This document shows positions 1-14,689 of a DNA stretch of 64,000 nucleotides, in pieces. The stretch's first letter is position 1. Each line of letters starts with the position of its first letter. Both the position numbers and the translations under genes were made by a program. This DNA is from Schmidtea polychroa (Eukaryota): assembly GCA_044892525.1 (NCBI GenBank), contig CM097886.1:40300001-40364000 (forward strand), written 5' to 3'. The notes beneath the pieces were generated by a model. The model searched no databases, was not told the DNA's origin, and was given only the letters and a program-made list of their open reading frames with translations.

Positions 1-1633
1 GTATTGTCGTTTGGCCAAATATATACCAAACTCCACTAAGAACCTACTATACTATATGAAAAAACCAATAACATTATATTATTGAAATGTAAATACTGAC
101 TTTAATGTTATTCTTTGCAAGTTCAATGAGATAAACTCAACAATATAGAGATTGAAAAGTGATTAATAATATATAAATACTACACACACGCAACACATAC
201 TAAAAAATGCATGCAAACTTCCGATATGTATAATTGAGGCAATGAGGTGCCCTCCTATAATACCTCTATTTTAGACAATAATTAGAAAGAAATATGGCGG
301 TAAAATAGAGTTTCTGTTAAGTAGATATTACCGTAGGATTTATTTTAAAGTTAAAACTAATTTAATATTTCCTTAGCATTTCAAACATCTGTGTCAAAAC
401 CATTTCATTTTGTGAAAATGAAAAGATGATCTTGTTAAATTTATACTATATGTAACAACAGCCCACCCTAAACAATTAACCTTAAATAAATGAAGAAATA
501 TCATTTTTTTCTGAAACATTTCATTGGTTGACACATAGTTAACCGCAAGCTTTGTCAGAGATCAAAAGAGTAGACAACTCAAGCATATCCATGGACATTT
601 TGTTTTTTTATATTTAGAGAAATAGATGATAATAAAATATGTAATTAATTTAATTGATTTTTAATTGCTTTTTAATATTAAATATTTAATTGCAATTAAG
701 GGGTTGTTGTTACATATAGCCGAAAAAGAATCAAAAATGATTTGATTACTTTAGAGTCTGCTAAATGTTTCACTATTATTCTTGATTGCCTTCCCGATCA
801 GAATCATAACGACCCATTGTATATCACAATACGCTTTGTAAATATTATTGAAAATGTTCTTGATATGAATCCACTTCCATTTCAATGAAATAAGTGTAAT
901 TCCACATACCTTGGAGAGACTTCCCGTCATTTCTGTACTCAATCTCGTGAAAACTAAGGAGATCGGCCAATATTTATTAGCACAATAAGAACTTTATGAG
1001 TAAAATAGGATAGTCTGATATAAAGATTTTATTAAAAATTTTAATAATTATTGGGAACGTGTAATTTATGAAGCTTTGCCTATAAGTTTATTGAATTCAA
1101 AAATTAATGTACACAATGATGTCAGCAGGTGTGTTTTGAATGTTTTTTAAATAGTTTAGGTTGTAAATTATGGATATGTGGATTGTTGTTGTTTTCAAAT
1201 GCAATAAATTATTTTATATTTAAATTTTTCACAAAGTTTATCGATATTTAAAATTAAAAATTATAAAATTATATTAAAATAAAATTATAATAAAATATTT
1301 TATAATCTTTAAATATATTTAGTATAAATTGAAAAATAATTGGTTATTCAAAATAAATTTTAAAAATATATTTTGAAAAAAATAATAATCAATTGTTNNN
1401 NNNNNNNNNNNNNNNNNNNNNNNNNNNNNNNNNNNNNNNNNNNNNNNNNNNNNNNNNNNNNNNNNNNNNNNNNNNNNNNNNNNNNNNNNNNNNNNNNNNN
1501 NNNNNNNNNNNNNNNNNNNNNNNNNNNNNNNNNNNNNNNNNNNNNNNNNNNNNNNNAATATAGCATAGCAAATAGAGGTGTATATATAAGGTGTTACGTA
1601 GAGTGTAATATATAGAGATATGATGATTTATAT

Positions 1634-1902
1634 CAGAGGTTGGCAATCCATGGCACACGTGGCAGATTTGGCACGTGATCGAGTTGTTCATGGCACTCTG
1701 TGTTGGAATTTTATGTTGTTTGTTTTTCAATTAAATCTATTTAAAAAATAATTTGGGGATCAAGTTATTCTCATAAAGAACTTTATTATATAATGTGACA
1801 GACACATACCATTACTTATTATTTGTAAAGAAATGAGATGACACCCTGAATTAATTGTCATAGTAGCTTGGGACACCACAGCTAAAAGGTTACCGACCCC
1901 TG
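1634..1902. mobile_element. hAT (Buster/Charlie-type) MITE
   Basis: Imperfect TIRs CAGAGGTTGGCAA / revcomp CAGGGGTCGGTAA; perfect 8-bp TSD ATTTATAT at 1626-1633 and 1903-1910. Confidence 0.85.
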
Positions 1903-2576
1903 ATTTATATTATATAATTCATAAAAGCAATAAATTAGAAAGAAATAAAATAATAATTCGTGACACATTTAAGGTATTTAAGATATTGTGTAAACATGGA
2001 AATTTCTTTTAAAATTTCTCTTATTGCATGAAATATTTTATTTTTGAGGTTGTTATAAAAGAACTTTAAATATTAAATCTTTAAAAAATTATTAGATGAA
2101 AAAATAAATTATTAAAAATGTTGAGTAATTATTATAATTCGGTATGATAGAACAACTAATTAGCCTCCACGTGCTCTTGATCAAATAATACTAATTCAAC
2201 TCAATAATCTTTTTTTATTATTATAAATTATATTCGTTCAATTTGAAACCATATTAATCGCCCCTTGCTTAACACTAGATGAAGGTATCCCAAAGTCGAA
2301 ACCATTTTATGCAAACAAATCCCTTTCTTTTTCGAAATTTTCAAATTTTCACTTGTTACTTTCTCTCATTCTTTATTTGTATTTTTTTAATGCTTTATAT
2401 AATCTTTATATATGTTTTTAATAAATATTATTTTCATTCGTAGCCCTTTCAATGGTAGGGGCCCAAGATACGGTTTTGTCACGACCCGTAAATTTCTCTC
2501 GGTGACCTTGAGTAAATATATAGTCAAATATTATTCTAAATTTATATAGTCATATATTAATAGATGTATAATTTAG

Positions 2577-2786
2577 AGTTTAATGAATTTGGGACTGGGA
2601 TCTGTATCATTGATAAGTGGATATATTCTAGATAATCATGGATATTTTCTATTAGAAATTTTTTTTATACATTTATTAATGCTAAGTATCTGTTTTCTGT
2701 TATTTTTGTTTAAATGGAGCTTGAAGCATAAAAATATTTTAAACATAACGGCCAAACAACGACATAAAAATTTTGTGTTATCATAA
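2577..2786 (+). CDS. MFSD1: Terminal exon of an MFSD1-like lysosomal MFS transporter; upstream exons not found in the window
   Basis: After acceptor tttag: SLMNLGLGSVSLISGYILDNHGYFLLEIFFI...LNITAKQR, matching the MFSD1 C-terminus as recalled (QSIQNLGLAIISIIAGMILDSRGYLFLEVFF...LNYSARQR); ends in TAA. Confidence 0.7.
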   Translation, partial: SLMNLGLGSVSLISGYILDNHGYFLLEIFFIHLLMLSICFLLFLFKWSLKHKNILNITAKQRHKNFVLS

Positions 2787-3014
2787 AATACATTTTTCAT
2801 GTGGCAGTAACTATTATTATTTCATGTAATATTTTTCATTATAAAAATTTATTATTATTTCATTTACTCTGGATTTTTTATTATAAATTATATTTTAAAA
2901 GAAACTGTAAAAATTATAATGAATATAAGAAGGAATGTTTTGTTCATTCCAAAAAGATTTTAAAAATTCTTTATGTTGTAACACATTTTGGTTGAATATA
3001 AGTTCATGTCTACA

Positions 3015-3310
3015 ATTTACTTTTCGACGTATAACAATGTCGCAGTGAAAGACTGGTATCCGACAAGTTTGAATTGGCATCCGATTTGTGGAATCCCTTC
3101 AACAAGAATTGCAAAGAATATTACAAACCTTCAGTAAATATAACAATTGATAAACAGCTTTTCCAAAAATACCACACTGTAGGTTTCTGCAATATATCAT
3201 TAACAAACCTCACAAATTTGACATTAAAATTTCCTTACTAGCTGATATACAAACCAAATATATTTGCAGCGAATTTCCTTATTTAGATAAGGAAAGCGAG
3301 TGTCCATCCA
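3015..3310 (+). pseudogene. piggyBac (PGBD4-like) transposase remnant
   Basis: With a stop and a frameshift it reads LFDV*QCRSERLVSDKFELASDLWNPFNKNCKEYYKPSVNITIDKQLFP...CRFLQYIINKPHKFDIKISLLADIQTKYICSEFPYLDK, the piggyBac DEQL...QY.PNKP.KFGIK core. Confidence 0.8.
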
Positions 3311-3341
3311 ATCAGAGGATGGTTAAATACGTGGTTTAGGT

Positions 3342-3856
3342 CAGTGTTTCTCAACCTTTTTGACTTTCAGTCCCACATTTTTTGTTCGTAAAATCTCAGG
3401 CCCACTTTCACATTAAAAGACACGATTTTTAAGAAATGCAACTTTATTTACCGTTCAATTACCTCCAACCACTTGTAATATATTTAAAAATTTAATATTT
3501 AAATATATTACAATTACTATTATTTTTGAAAAATATTAAATTTCTTAGTCAACTGTAATTTTTATTTAAAAAATTCATTTTATTTTGTCAAACTTGTCTG
3601 TTTTTCAGACTTGACGTATAAATTCAAAATTTAATAGTAATTGTAATATATTAAAAAATTTAATAATATTTAACAAAATTAAGGTTAAACGATAGAGGAC
3701 CTGTAGTAAATTTCAGGGGGGATTTATGACAGTTTTTCTTTCCATCCTCCAAAATTTAATATTATTTCAAAAATTAAATTTTTCGGGCCAACCACGGGGC
3801 CAATTCATACTCCAGACCCACAATATTTTTATTCAAACCCATGTTGAGAAACACTG
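3342..3856. mobile_element. hAT (Buster/Charlie-type) MITE
   Basis: Perfect 14-bp TIR CAGTGTTTCTCAAC; perfect 8-bp TSD GTTTAGGT (3334-3341, 3857-3864); internal AT-rich inverted segments. Confidence 0.9.
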
Positions 3857-4254
3857 GTTTAGGTTATTAAGCTGTCTGTATATGTTTTAGATTGAACTCT
3901 GACAGTGTATGAAAAAAATTTCGTTTCAACAAAATATTAGATATGGAGATTGACAGTTGCAGAACTAACAGCCATCAATTATCATGTTGTGTATTCTCAA
4001 GTAATACACTGAAAGTATTAAACACAATTGGTAGACATCTGCAATATACCTACTCTTTTTATTAAAAATAACTGGAAGGAAAATCAGCAGGCGAGATTTT
4101 ATTTTGCTCTTTATTACGGAAATGTGAAAATCCTTCATATAGTGTGAAAATATTGCCACAGAAAGTGTTTCTGGAAAATAAGTACAATGTCAATAGTCTG
4201 GATGTCAAATGAAATAATTTACATATTATGTGAATTGCAGTGAAAATGTAATCA

Positions 4255-4512
4255 GTAGTAGCGACGGGTGGTGTGTACAAAGGGCAGGGACGTAATCAGT
4301 GCAAGCTAGTGACTTGCGCTTACTATGAATTCCTCGTTCAAGTTCCTAACTCGACAATGATTTAGCAGGTTACCCGGCCATTTATAGCTAGGAATTAAAC
4401 TCGTTATTACTGACATTTTAGCGCGCGTGCGGCTCCGGATTTCTAACGGCATCACAGACCTGTTATTGCTCAATTTAGCAGATTAGAGTCTCGTTCGTTA
4501 ATGGAATTAACC
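4255..4512 (-). rRNA. Orphan, internally deleted 18S rRNA fragment (3' third of SSU); pseudogene
   Basis: Reverse-complement conserved SSU blocks GTAGTAGCGACGGGTGGTGTGTACAAAGGGCAGGGACGTAATC, TAGCGCGCGTGCGGC, GGCATCACAGACCTGTTATTGCTC and TAGAGTCTCGTTCGTTA; no other rDNA nearby. Confidence 0.9.
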
Positions 4513-6603
4513 TTACCTTTGAAATTGCTTTTACGCTGAAATTTTGGGCGAACAAACTAAATTTTAACTGGCTATTTATACTAATTTAATTGCTACAAAA
4601 TTTAATAAATTTATTTCAGGCCTATACGCATGGAATAATTTACTATTAAAAATACCATTTACTTTACACCATTGCATATCAAAATACCAGTCACATTGCA
4701 TGTTTCACCATTCACCACATATCACCTGCCACATATGGCAAATTCAATCCCATTTTCCAAGGTGAAACAAATATTACCAATTTCAATCAAAATAATTAAA
4801 ATTTTTGCGTTAATAATTTATATTGTATTAAATAAAAAAATATGTGCAACAAAATATGGTTTTATCAAATCATTACAAATAAAATATTATACACCAAAAA
4901 ATAAAATAAATAAGATACCAAAATATATACAACAGAAATAAAATAAATAAGCACAACAAAAATATAAAGCAGTTTCTCAAATGAAATAAATATGCAATAT
5001 TTACAATTTCGATAATCATAATTAGAATTTGAAAAATAATTTATAGAATAATACAGTTAGGCAAATGTGCAAAGGCAAACAAAATGCTCGATAGATTGTC
5101 TGGATTGAATTGATTGACTTTGATTTCACTGTCTTTCCTCCAAACATACATTTAATATTTGTTTAATATGAATGTGGTGATACAACAGAATACACTGAAT
5201 ACAACTTTTGTGTTTGTAAACACCGTACGTGATTCAAATTAAATATTATTGAATTTTGACGTACTTTAAAATTTCGAGGGTAGGCGAAAGTCGTTCTTTC
5301 TCCCAATCCATTCTTTAAAATGATAAAATGTCTTCATAAACATTTGTCCTTCTTGGATATGACCCCTCTTTTGATGAAACATAGAATACTTAAAATATTA
5401 TCGTTTTCCATAGTTAATGAGTGAAAAACCAATTATGAAGAGAAGAAAGCAAAATATTTCGTTTAACTGGATTATTTTACTATTCAAAAAAAGTTTGTGG
5501 TCGAAACGTTTTCCATCATTCTCGTGTTTAGAGAAAAATTTAATTTTTAAGAAATGATAGTTAAAATGTTTGAAAGAAATACGATTGAAAGAAATACGTT
5601 TTCTCAATTGCCGGTTATTGATTTTCCAATAGTCGCTGTTACATAAAAAATTTGTCATCGTTGTAGCGAGCCGCTTCATAGAAATTTCTTCTTATTTTCA
5701 ATCGTTTTTTATATTATTTAAATTAAAATTACAAATGCATTATTGATGAAATAAATAAAAATTATCTTGTTTAAATATTAGCATTATTTGGTCGCCTTCA
5801 TTTTTCAACTGATCAAAAGAAAATTAAAAATGTATTCAAAAATCTGAAATCGTAACAAATTGCGGAGCATAGTATCGCTAAACCTTAAAATCCAATGTAT
5901 AATTGGATTAATATTAATATCTTTGTTTTTTATATATTTTTGTCTCATCAGTGTTCAAAGTTCATCTAATGGAAATATCAGTTCTTATTTTGAAAAGAAA
6001 TGCCAAAACATTGTTTTTGTCCAATATCGAGTTTAATTCGTGAAACTTTTCACTATGCACCGATTTAACATTTAGTTATGGCCACTTTATTGCTTTTGTC
6101 AATCTCAGTCTTGGAAATAGAACAAATACAAAACGAAGCTCTTATTTCAGATTGTAATGGTCCCCATTTAAATTATATCAGTTGAAAAATATATTTTAAA
6201 TGCATTACAGTTGCCACTGAAAGAAATAATTTTCAGGTTAATAAATTATACCACTGGTTTAAGATAAGGCCGTTTTCTTTCTAACACACAGTTAAATAAT
6301 TCATGACAATTAACAATTTTTCTTTTGTTGATATTTCAAAATAGATTTTTTGTAATTATAACTTTCCGAACAACCTCCAAACTGAACTATTTAGTACAAA
6401 ATTTCTCATCATTTTTTTCAATCTATGATTAATATCATTATTTTATTAGTATATTTATAAATAAGAAAATGTTTGTCTTTAAAATTATTCGTGTTTTTAT
6501 ACATTCAATGTTCATAAATATTTAAATTTAAATTAGTTCGTTATTTAAAAGTAAATCAACAAATATCAGTTCTTTATGAATTCATATTTTATTTTCATTA
6601 TAC

Positions 6604-9600
6604 ATGATCTTTAATTTATCAGGCGTCTTATTTTATGCCAAAGTTGTTAGGTTTATTCCCTTTATCAGGAATACAAATAAAAATATTTTAATTAATAATT
6701 GTAAATAAATACTTTAACAATGGGAGCTTTATTTTAATTACTCTAGTCTCGAAAATTTCACCATTAGTTTATTCGAAGCAACCGTCAAGTAATTTAAATA
6801 TTTTGCAAGTATTTTCACATTGTCATGTTTTATTTTTATCTTAAGAGGATTCAGATTCTAAAAATGACAAGGTCAAGGGGAAAGGTAAATATATGGAAAT
6901 TATTTATTTATTAACAAGTTTAGTTGTGGCTAAAATTAAATCTCAATTTACTTATGATGATTCTGTAAAGTCTATTAAATATATCACACCAATTCGTGCA
7001 ATTAAAGAATATTTATTAAAGTCTTGGTAAAGCTTTAAAAATATATGAAATTAACTGTTTATGTTAGTGATCTGGAAAATATTCCAAAATATTACAGTCG
7101 CAGTCCTTATTCTTCAGAAACTCGTGCATTAGTATATCGTAGGTCAGACGTAGAAAATTTGTACGCATTAATTTGTTTCACATAAAATGAAATTTAGTTA
7201 TAGAGCTTATGAAAAACATGGAGGCAAAGAAAAATTTGAACACATACAAAGTATTGCAAGCGAAATTGAGAGAAAACAACGAGCAGGTAATGTTAAAATT
7301 TGTAAATCAATTTCTAGAATTTCAAAATTAGAATTATTTAGTATTAAGAAGTTTACTAGAATTTTTCAAACTTCCGAGACAGAAGATAAAGTATTTTTAT
7401 ATCCTTAATTTTAATTTCATTATAGCCTAGAAATCTAACAAAACGGAATCCTTATATCATTCTGGAGTTGCTAAAGTTGTTTTATCAGCGATTGCTATGT
7501 AATTTTTTTTCAATTAAAATTTTATGTTTTATAATAATTTTTTTCTGATAAATTATTTTTTTAAATAAAAATAGTAAAAATTAATCAAATCACTGTTTAA
7601 TTTTCTAATTACCATTCTTATTCATTTAGTATTTTGTTGAAAATGTAAAGATTAGTTACTTATAAATATAAGTAGCTAATATTGAGATTTAAATATTTAG
7701 TAATTAAAAATTATAATATAAATTATGATAAATAATTATGATAAAGTCAACTGAAGAATTGATGGATTTTGTTATATTCTTTTTACATTCGTCATTTGTC
7801 ATAAACTTTTTAATATTGACTTCCTTCATTGATAAAGCGCCTTAGCAAAGATTTGTTCTATTAGAGTAGGAAAACTCTATTCATCGTAATTCTATTAAAG
7901 TATTTTTCAAATTCTGTCGGCATATATGAATGCATCTGATAATATAGATGTCAATTAAACGGCGTCTTTCAAATTTATCTCAATTTGTTTATAATTATTA
8001 TATCATTCGAATTTATAACGATGGCAAATGGTCATATTGATCAAATACAAATCTAGGGTAATTTATAAAATGTTTTTATTTTCACAATACAAAAATTATA
8101 AAGTATGAGAATTAATACAATAAATTCAACATTTTTAGATCAACGGAATTATTTTCATTTCATATTTATTTAATATGTAAAATTTGTATTTAATTCATAC
8201 TATTTTTAGTAACGGGACAAATTTTGTTGCTAAGGGTGTTGCCTGGTGGATGACTGGTTCAAAGAGCATTTTTTCTGAGACACTTCATTCATTAGCAGAT
8301 ACAATTAATCAAGTTGAATAGTTTATTGGATGCTGTAAATTTTGAATATTAATTTAGATAATTCTTGCTTATGGGCTTTATTCTTCATTACAGAGGCCAG
8401 ATGAAAATCATCCGTAAATTAATGTTATCATTCTATAAAAATTATTAGTATAATAATATTAATAACTATAATAATTAAATAATAGTAAATTTTTAATAAA
8501 ATAATAATAAATAATACATTAATAATTTAATAATAATAATTAAATAATAAATTTTTAATAAAATAATTAAAATAATACATTAAAAATTAAATAATAATAT
8601 AATCATTAATAATAAATTATTGATGAAATATTAAATTTATAATTTAATAATAATTAAATAATAATAAATTTTTAATAAAATAATTAAAATAATACACTAA
8701 ATAATAATATAATCATTAATAATAAATTATTGATAAAATAATAATATTTATAATTTAATAATAATTAAATAATAATAAATTATTGATAAAATAATAAAAA
8801 TTTATAATTTAATAATAATAATTAAATAATAAATTTTTAATAAAATTATTAAACTATTAATAATTAAATAAATAATAATAATTAAATAATAAAAAATAAT
8901 TTAATAATAATAATAAATTAATTTTAATGATAATAATAAAAATATTTTTATATAACAAGGAATATGAAATTTGATATTTTTATTATTTTTTTCTTCAATT
9001 TGATTAAAATAATTTATTGTACTTCTTTATATTTGAAATTTTGGGTTTTTCAGATACGGCTACACCTCAATGAAAAATATTACTTCATTGATTAGTGGAG
9101 TGGGAATATTCTGTCTGGGGGCTGGAATTAGTTTTTATCACGGTATTCATGGATTATTCAGTGTCCATGAAATCCATTCGTTTCAGTGGGTAATTTTTAA
9201 TGTGAAATTGTTATTCTAATAATTAATTTTAAAGTTTTCTTTAATGATCAAATGTTCTTAAATTGAATATTTTCTCATAATTTTTCTGAGAATATAATTT
9301 ACCGATTGATTTCATACAGTATTAAAAATTGATATTTTGTTAAATTCAATCAATATTAAATTATTATTAGAATCTGAATATAATATAATAACTCTGAATA
9401 TTTTGGTTAGTATTAACATTTTGTAAGTGAGACAGACATATTTTCTGAAGTTTAAAGACATAAAAGCTAGCCTAATTCTGCATTAAATTGTACTATTTCT
9501 TGGCGCTCAGTTTTGATTATAAATACCAGTTGACTTTTTGTAATGTGGATTGCTATGATGAAGTATTTCTTGTTTTGCGTCTTAAAATCGCTAACTGCTT

Positions 9601-12600
9601 TACAATATTTTACATAAAAGATTCATTTAGCACTGCTTAACCTCTACGTTAGTATGGCCGTACTCGTACGGCTGTTGTCATACAGACCTTAATCGTAAGT
9701 AGACGTCAGAAATGGAGAAACCAACGGCATCTATAGGCTTTCCCCATAATATTTTAAAAACTATGAAAAGTGGTAAGTTTTAATTTTTTTACCCCTTTAT
9801 TGTGTCGGAAGTCGTCAAACGTAATACTTTTTATTTTTAAAATTTAAAATTTTTATATTAAAATAACTCACTCCGTATAGATATGTACATCATACCAAAA
9901 ATCACTGCCATGGAGGTTAACTTATGCTGTTTCAGTTCAATAAGGTTTTCATATTCGGATTGAAATATTTTCTGGTCGATCAATAAATTATCTTATGCAT
10001 TTTTTTTTCTATATTTCATTTCTCACATACTGCATAATGCGCTTATTGGATAAATCTGCACATTTCAGACAACAAAAATGGAATCTTTCCTTTCTTTTCA
10101 CTCCTACAATTTGGTTTTCCCATGTTGATCTGTTTTTTACAAAAATGGGAAATGAGATTATTTTTTATCACTTGTGTCGTAGCGGGATATTTACTAGTTG
10201 TTCAGTGACACTTAGTCTAAAATCCTATAGGAGCTTCCTCCGCGTTTATTATGTACTTTTCTTCTACGGCATATGTAATTGGCAACATTTCGTTTTGATA
10301 ATTAACGCCTAACATGAATTTATTGTATTGTATTATCAGTTTTGGTTTCATGGCTGTCTTTTCTCATCGGTTCGTTGTTTCTATTGACGCTCCATAAAAT
10401 TCTGATGGAATCGCTAAAACTTCTCTACGATCCTTCCATTGTGTGACACATATTCCTTCAAAGATATAGAATTAGGCGGCCTAGGGCGCAAAAGTATTTT
10501 TCTAAATTATTTCTCGAATATATAAAAGAAATTATTTATTATGAAATACCTACTCGTTGAATTAAGAAATTTAAATTATTAAAACATAATGTTTCAGTTG
10601 GCATTCTTTAAGGTAGGCGCTTCATAAAAATTCGCCTAGGGCGCTACGCGTGGAAAAATTTTCTTGAGCCGCCCCTATATATATATTTATATATAATCTC
10701 CCCGGTTATTTTTTCTGGTTTCGCAATTTTATTTGCCATTTTGAAATTATGGACAAAATATTTTTAACCAATCAGTATCGTGTATTTGTATTATACCCTG
10801 GATCATTATTATTAAAACAGTCAGTGGTTTTGTTATGCCTAAGGTCAATTATTACATGGATTTTCTTTGTCATAATTTGTTTATTAATTTAATGGTTTAT
10901 CTTTTCACATCTTTTCAGCTTCCGTTATCCTCAATTACGACACTTAATTATAATCTGTTGAGTAGGAGGTTCATTTTTTAACTAAAAATTTAGTTAGCCA
11001 ATAAAATAATTGCACTCATGCAAACATTGCAAAAAATACAATGCAACAAGAATTCATGATTTTTACACTCCAATTAAAATTTAAAACGTAAAATTAACTG
11101 TAAGTAATTAATGAAAAATGTGCAAAATCGAAAATTCAATACAGGAATACCTCGCATAGTACGGTTTCGATCAGTACGGTTTTGAAATTTTCAAAATATG
11201 ATTGTTTAAAATTGTTTAATGATTAAAAAAATTTTGAAATTTAAATTTTTTATTAAATTAATTTTTAGAATTTATTCGTTATTATAAAATCATACGGCAC
11301 GTGTTTAATAATTTGTTTTGTTACGTTTAATTTCTGGTTTGTAGTTTTAATAAAAATTGAATAAATAAACCGTAAAAAAATTCATTTAAATGAATTGCTT
11401 TTGTTGATTTTTTTAAAATTAAATTGTTGTGTTTATTTAATTTTATTTACTTGTTTTTCATCAGCTATTTTTAATATTTTTAAAATGAAATAAATTCTTT
11501 TTTTTGATTTAGTTGCAATGAATTGGTATTACCGGCTTATAAATTTCAATAAATATATATTTAAATGTACAACTGTGTTAAATATGCTTGTTTTGCTCTT
11601 GAATATCAGAAAAATAAAAATACATAACAAAATATTTTTTGTTTACTAGATTTTAATCACGATTTTTAAATTTCTTAATAGGGGTACTAAGCCGTAATTT
11701 TATTAGCGCCAGAATGCCTCGAATAGTCCGGTTTCAAATAGTACGGCTAAATTTCAGAACCGATTAACCGTACTGTTCGAGGTATTCCTGTATTTCTAAA
11801 AAGACAAAATATGAATGGATAATAAATAAAAATATAAGTCCGAATATAGAAATTTCAAATCGATGAGGGTCTTTAGGAGATGTTATTTAAAAAATAAATT
11901 AATAATTTTAATTTTAATGATGACATTAATCTTGTCAGATGGAATAAAATTCCGGATCCTTACAGGCATGGGTTGAACTCTATTTAAGGATCAGCAAATT
12001 GGGAGTCGATTAATGTCGATGGAACCCTATATAAGGATAAGTAAATGCAGAGTAAATTGTTAATATATTCGAAGTAGAAAGAAAGATGAGAGTAAAGGTA
12101 AATCAGTATTGAGTTGGAGCGTCTATTACAAAGGAAAAGTTGCTTATTTGTCCCGAATTAGATTCACGAAAGTCGAGGCTATTTTTCTTGGGGTTACCGG
12201 TCATAATTATAATTATTGAGAAATCGAACAATAGTTATTCCTGAATTGACAATAAAATTTACCGTGTTGTGTCTAGTTATTAGAATATAGAGTTCACGTG
12301 AAGTTAAGATATAATTGTTCTCTCAGCGATATTTTTTAATAACCCAACAATATCTTATAAACATTTTAGTTTCTATAATAAAAGATATACTAAGCCTTTA
12401 CTGAAAGTTTTAAGTTTATTTAAAACAAAAATGAAGATTTTCTACTATGAAATAGTCCTCTTCAATCTGCTCAAGAATATAACTTGATAATTTTGAAGAT
12501 TTTGACTGAATTTTTTAACTGATTTTTTTGCTTTTTGATTGTATTTTTTTAAATTTGCGAATATTAGTATATATTTTTATTGTTTTCGACTATTTTTGTA

Positions 12601-14639
12601 TCTAATTTCGGCAGTTATTGTAAGAGAGATTATTTAATTTTATAAAATTTTAAAACAAAAGACCACAATCGAAATGCAATTACTTTATCAATATTCACAA
12701 AACTTTCAAATGAAAAATTAACTAAAAACATTATAAATTAATTTTTTAAAAAATAGTAAAACTTTAATACGGAAATTAAATCAAGATCCAATCAAAAACA
12801 AATAATTCAGTTAAAAAGATCAAAATCACATTCAAGCTAAATTTTTAGCAAATTGAAAAGGGCTTTTACGTAGTCAAAAATTCTCATTTTTTTATTAAAC
12901 TTTAAAAGTAATTTGGCCAAATTATTTTTTACCGGAAAATAGTACAAATGATTGAAAAATGTAGGCTATCATGCGCTATTATCATTTCAATATATTTATT
13001 TTTTATTTTGATATTTTTCATTTGGAACAATTTTTTTCAATAATGTATCATTTTCTTTAAAAACATTACAAAAGCCTTCACATATATACCGGAGATTCAC
13101 ATTCAACGAAATTACTTTGTTTAATTTCTCTCTTTAATCTCAATTTCTCACTATTCCAAAAATCATTAATAATTGAACATACTCTTTCAATGGTCGCATT
13201 AGTACCCGATCGGTAAGCACATAGCAAATTCAATAAGCAATTTCTAATTATTTCACTGCCTTCAAAATCTCTTGCCAATTTAATTTCTATTTTCTGTATC
13301 TCGTCATTCTCTTTGAAAATTCATATCATCAAAACTATAATTGATTTTCACAAATAGTGCAAAAAGTGCATAACATAAAAAAGCAGTACATATGGAGTAC
13401 ATACAAATTTGGCAGTACACTATCGAAAAGAAGTACTGTACTTCATTTATTATTTATATTGCATTTTATTGATGTGCAACCAGGTAATCATCATATTAGT
13501 TGATTTAATGTAAAATTGCAAAGTTCTAAATCCTTCATTATTTAATATATAAACTAGGATTCAAAAAATTTCTATATTTAATAATTATTTAAATTTTTAT
13601 AAAAAGTAATAGAATTTTTAAACTTTAGGGCGCAATAGTAATGAGTGCATCATTTCTATCAGAAAGTGGTAATTCTTAATTTTTTTGTATTTTTTTATTC
13701 CTTTGTAATGATAAGAAATTGTATTTAATCAATATTGTGCTGCGATGTAATTTATTGGTAATTTCTCTCCAATTTTTGTGTGCAAAATATCTCCATTTCA
13801 TTGTGATTTAAAACCAAGTCGACCAATCAAAAATTGAACTAATATTTACTGTGGAATATCGACAAAACTACCTAATTTTTTTATAGTAATTTTTAACTGA
13901 ATGACAAATATAGATTAGAAAGTTTTGCAATTTTTGATAAATCTATGCCGAAATATCGCGTACCTTATATAAAATTTTGATATCTAATTTTCTTCAAATA
14001 AAACGGCCAAAGTCATAAGAGGGTTATTTTTGTAGATTAAAAAATTAGAAGATCTTTGGACAAAAAATTTTTTATTTAAAATAAAGTATCTGAATTTTCA
14101 CTTTACCCTCATAAAAGAAAAAATAGCAAGTTGTGGCCAATGCGTTACTGATACCTTACACGAGCAAATTGTTCTTTCTACGGATGAAGCTAGCCATACG
14201 ACAGACATACAGATTGGACGAGCTAATTAATTATTTTGATCATACATGCACTTACACTATCATACACTGCAGTGAAATATGTCGAGGCAGAAGTCTGCTG
14301 CAATATTCAAGTACCACATCCTTAGGAGAGTGACTCAATTGCTTTTCCCCTATTACTACGATGCCCAACAATCTAATGAGATTTTAGCAAACAGTTAGCA
14401 TAAGAAAATGTGTGCCGTTAGAAGAATCTCCATTAACAGAAATTCCAAAATGGCTCTCAAAGTATGCAGAAATAAAGAAAAACTGCAGCCTCATTCTATT
14501 CTGTGCAACAACAGTCAAAAACGTTTTTATATTGGGGTGATATCAAAATAAATCATTTTTTCTTTGTTTTCATGGAAAAGTCCGTCGTTTTAACACACTG
14601 GGAGAGGTTACAAAAAGTCAATTTTATACAGCACAATTT

Positions 14640-14689
<50 letters not shown>

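Noticed and set aside
1360-1730. ORFs spanning N-gaps (also 17353-17769)
   Set aside because: Artefacts of translating through Ns.
9637-9920. TTAA-bounded 276-bp segment as a piggyBac-type MITE
   Set aside because: The inverted match is only ~4 bp (CCTC/GAGG); not enough support.
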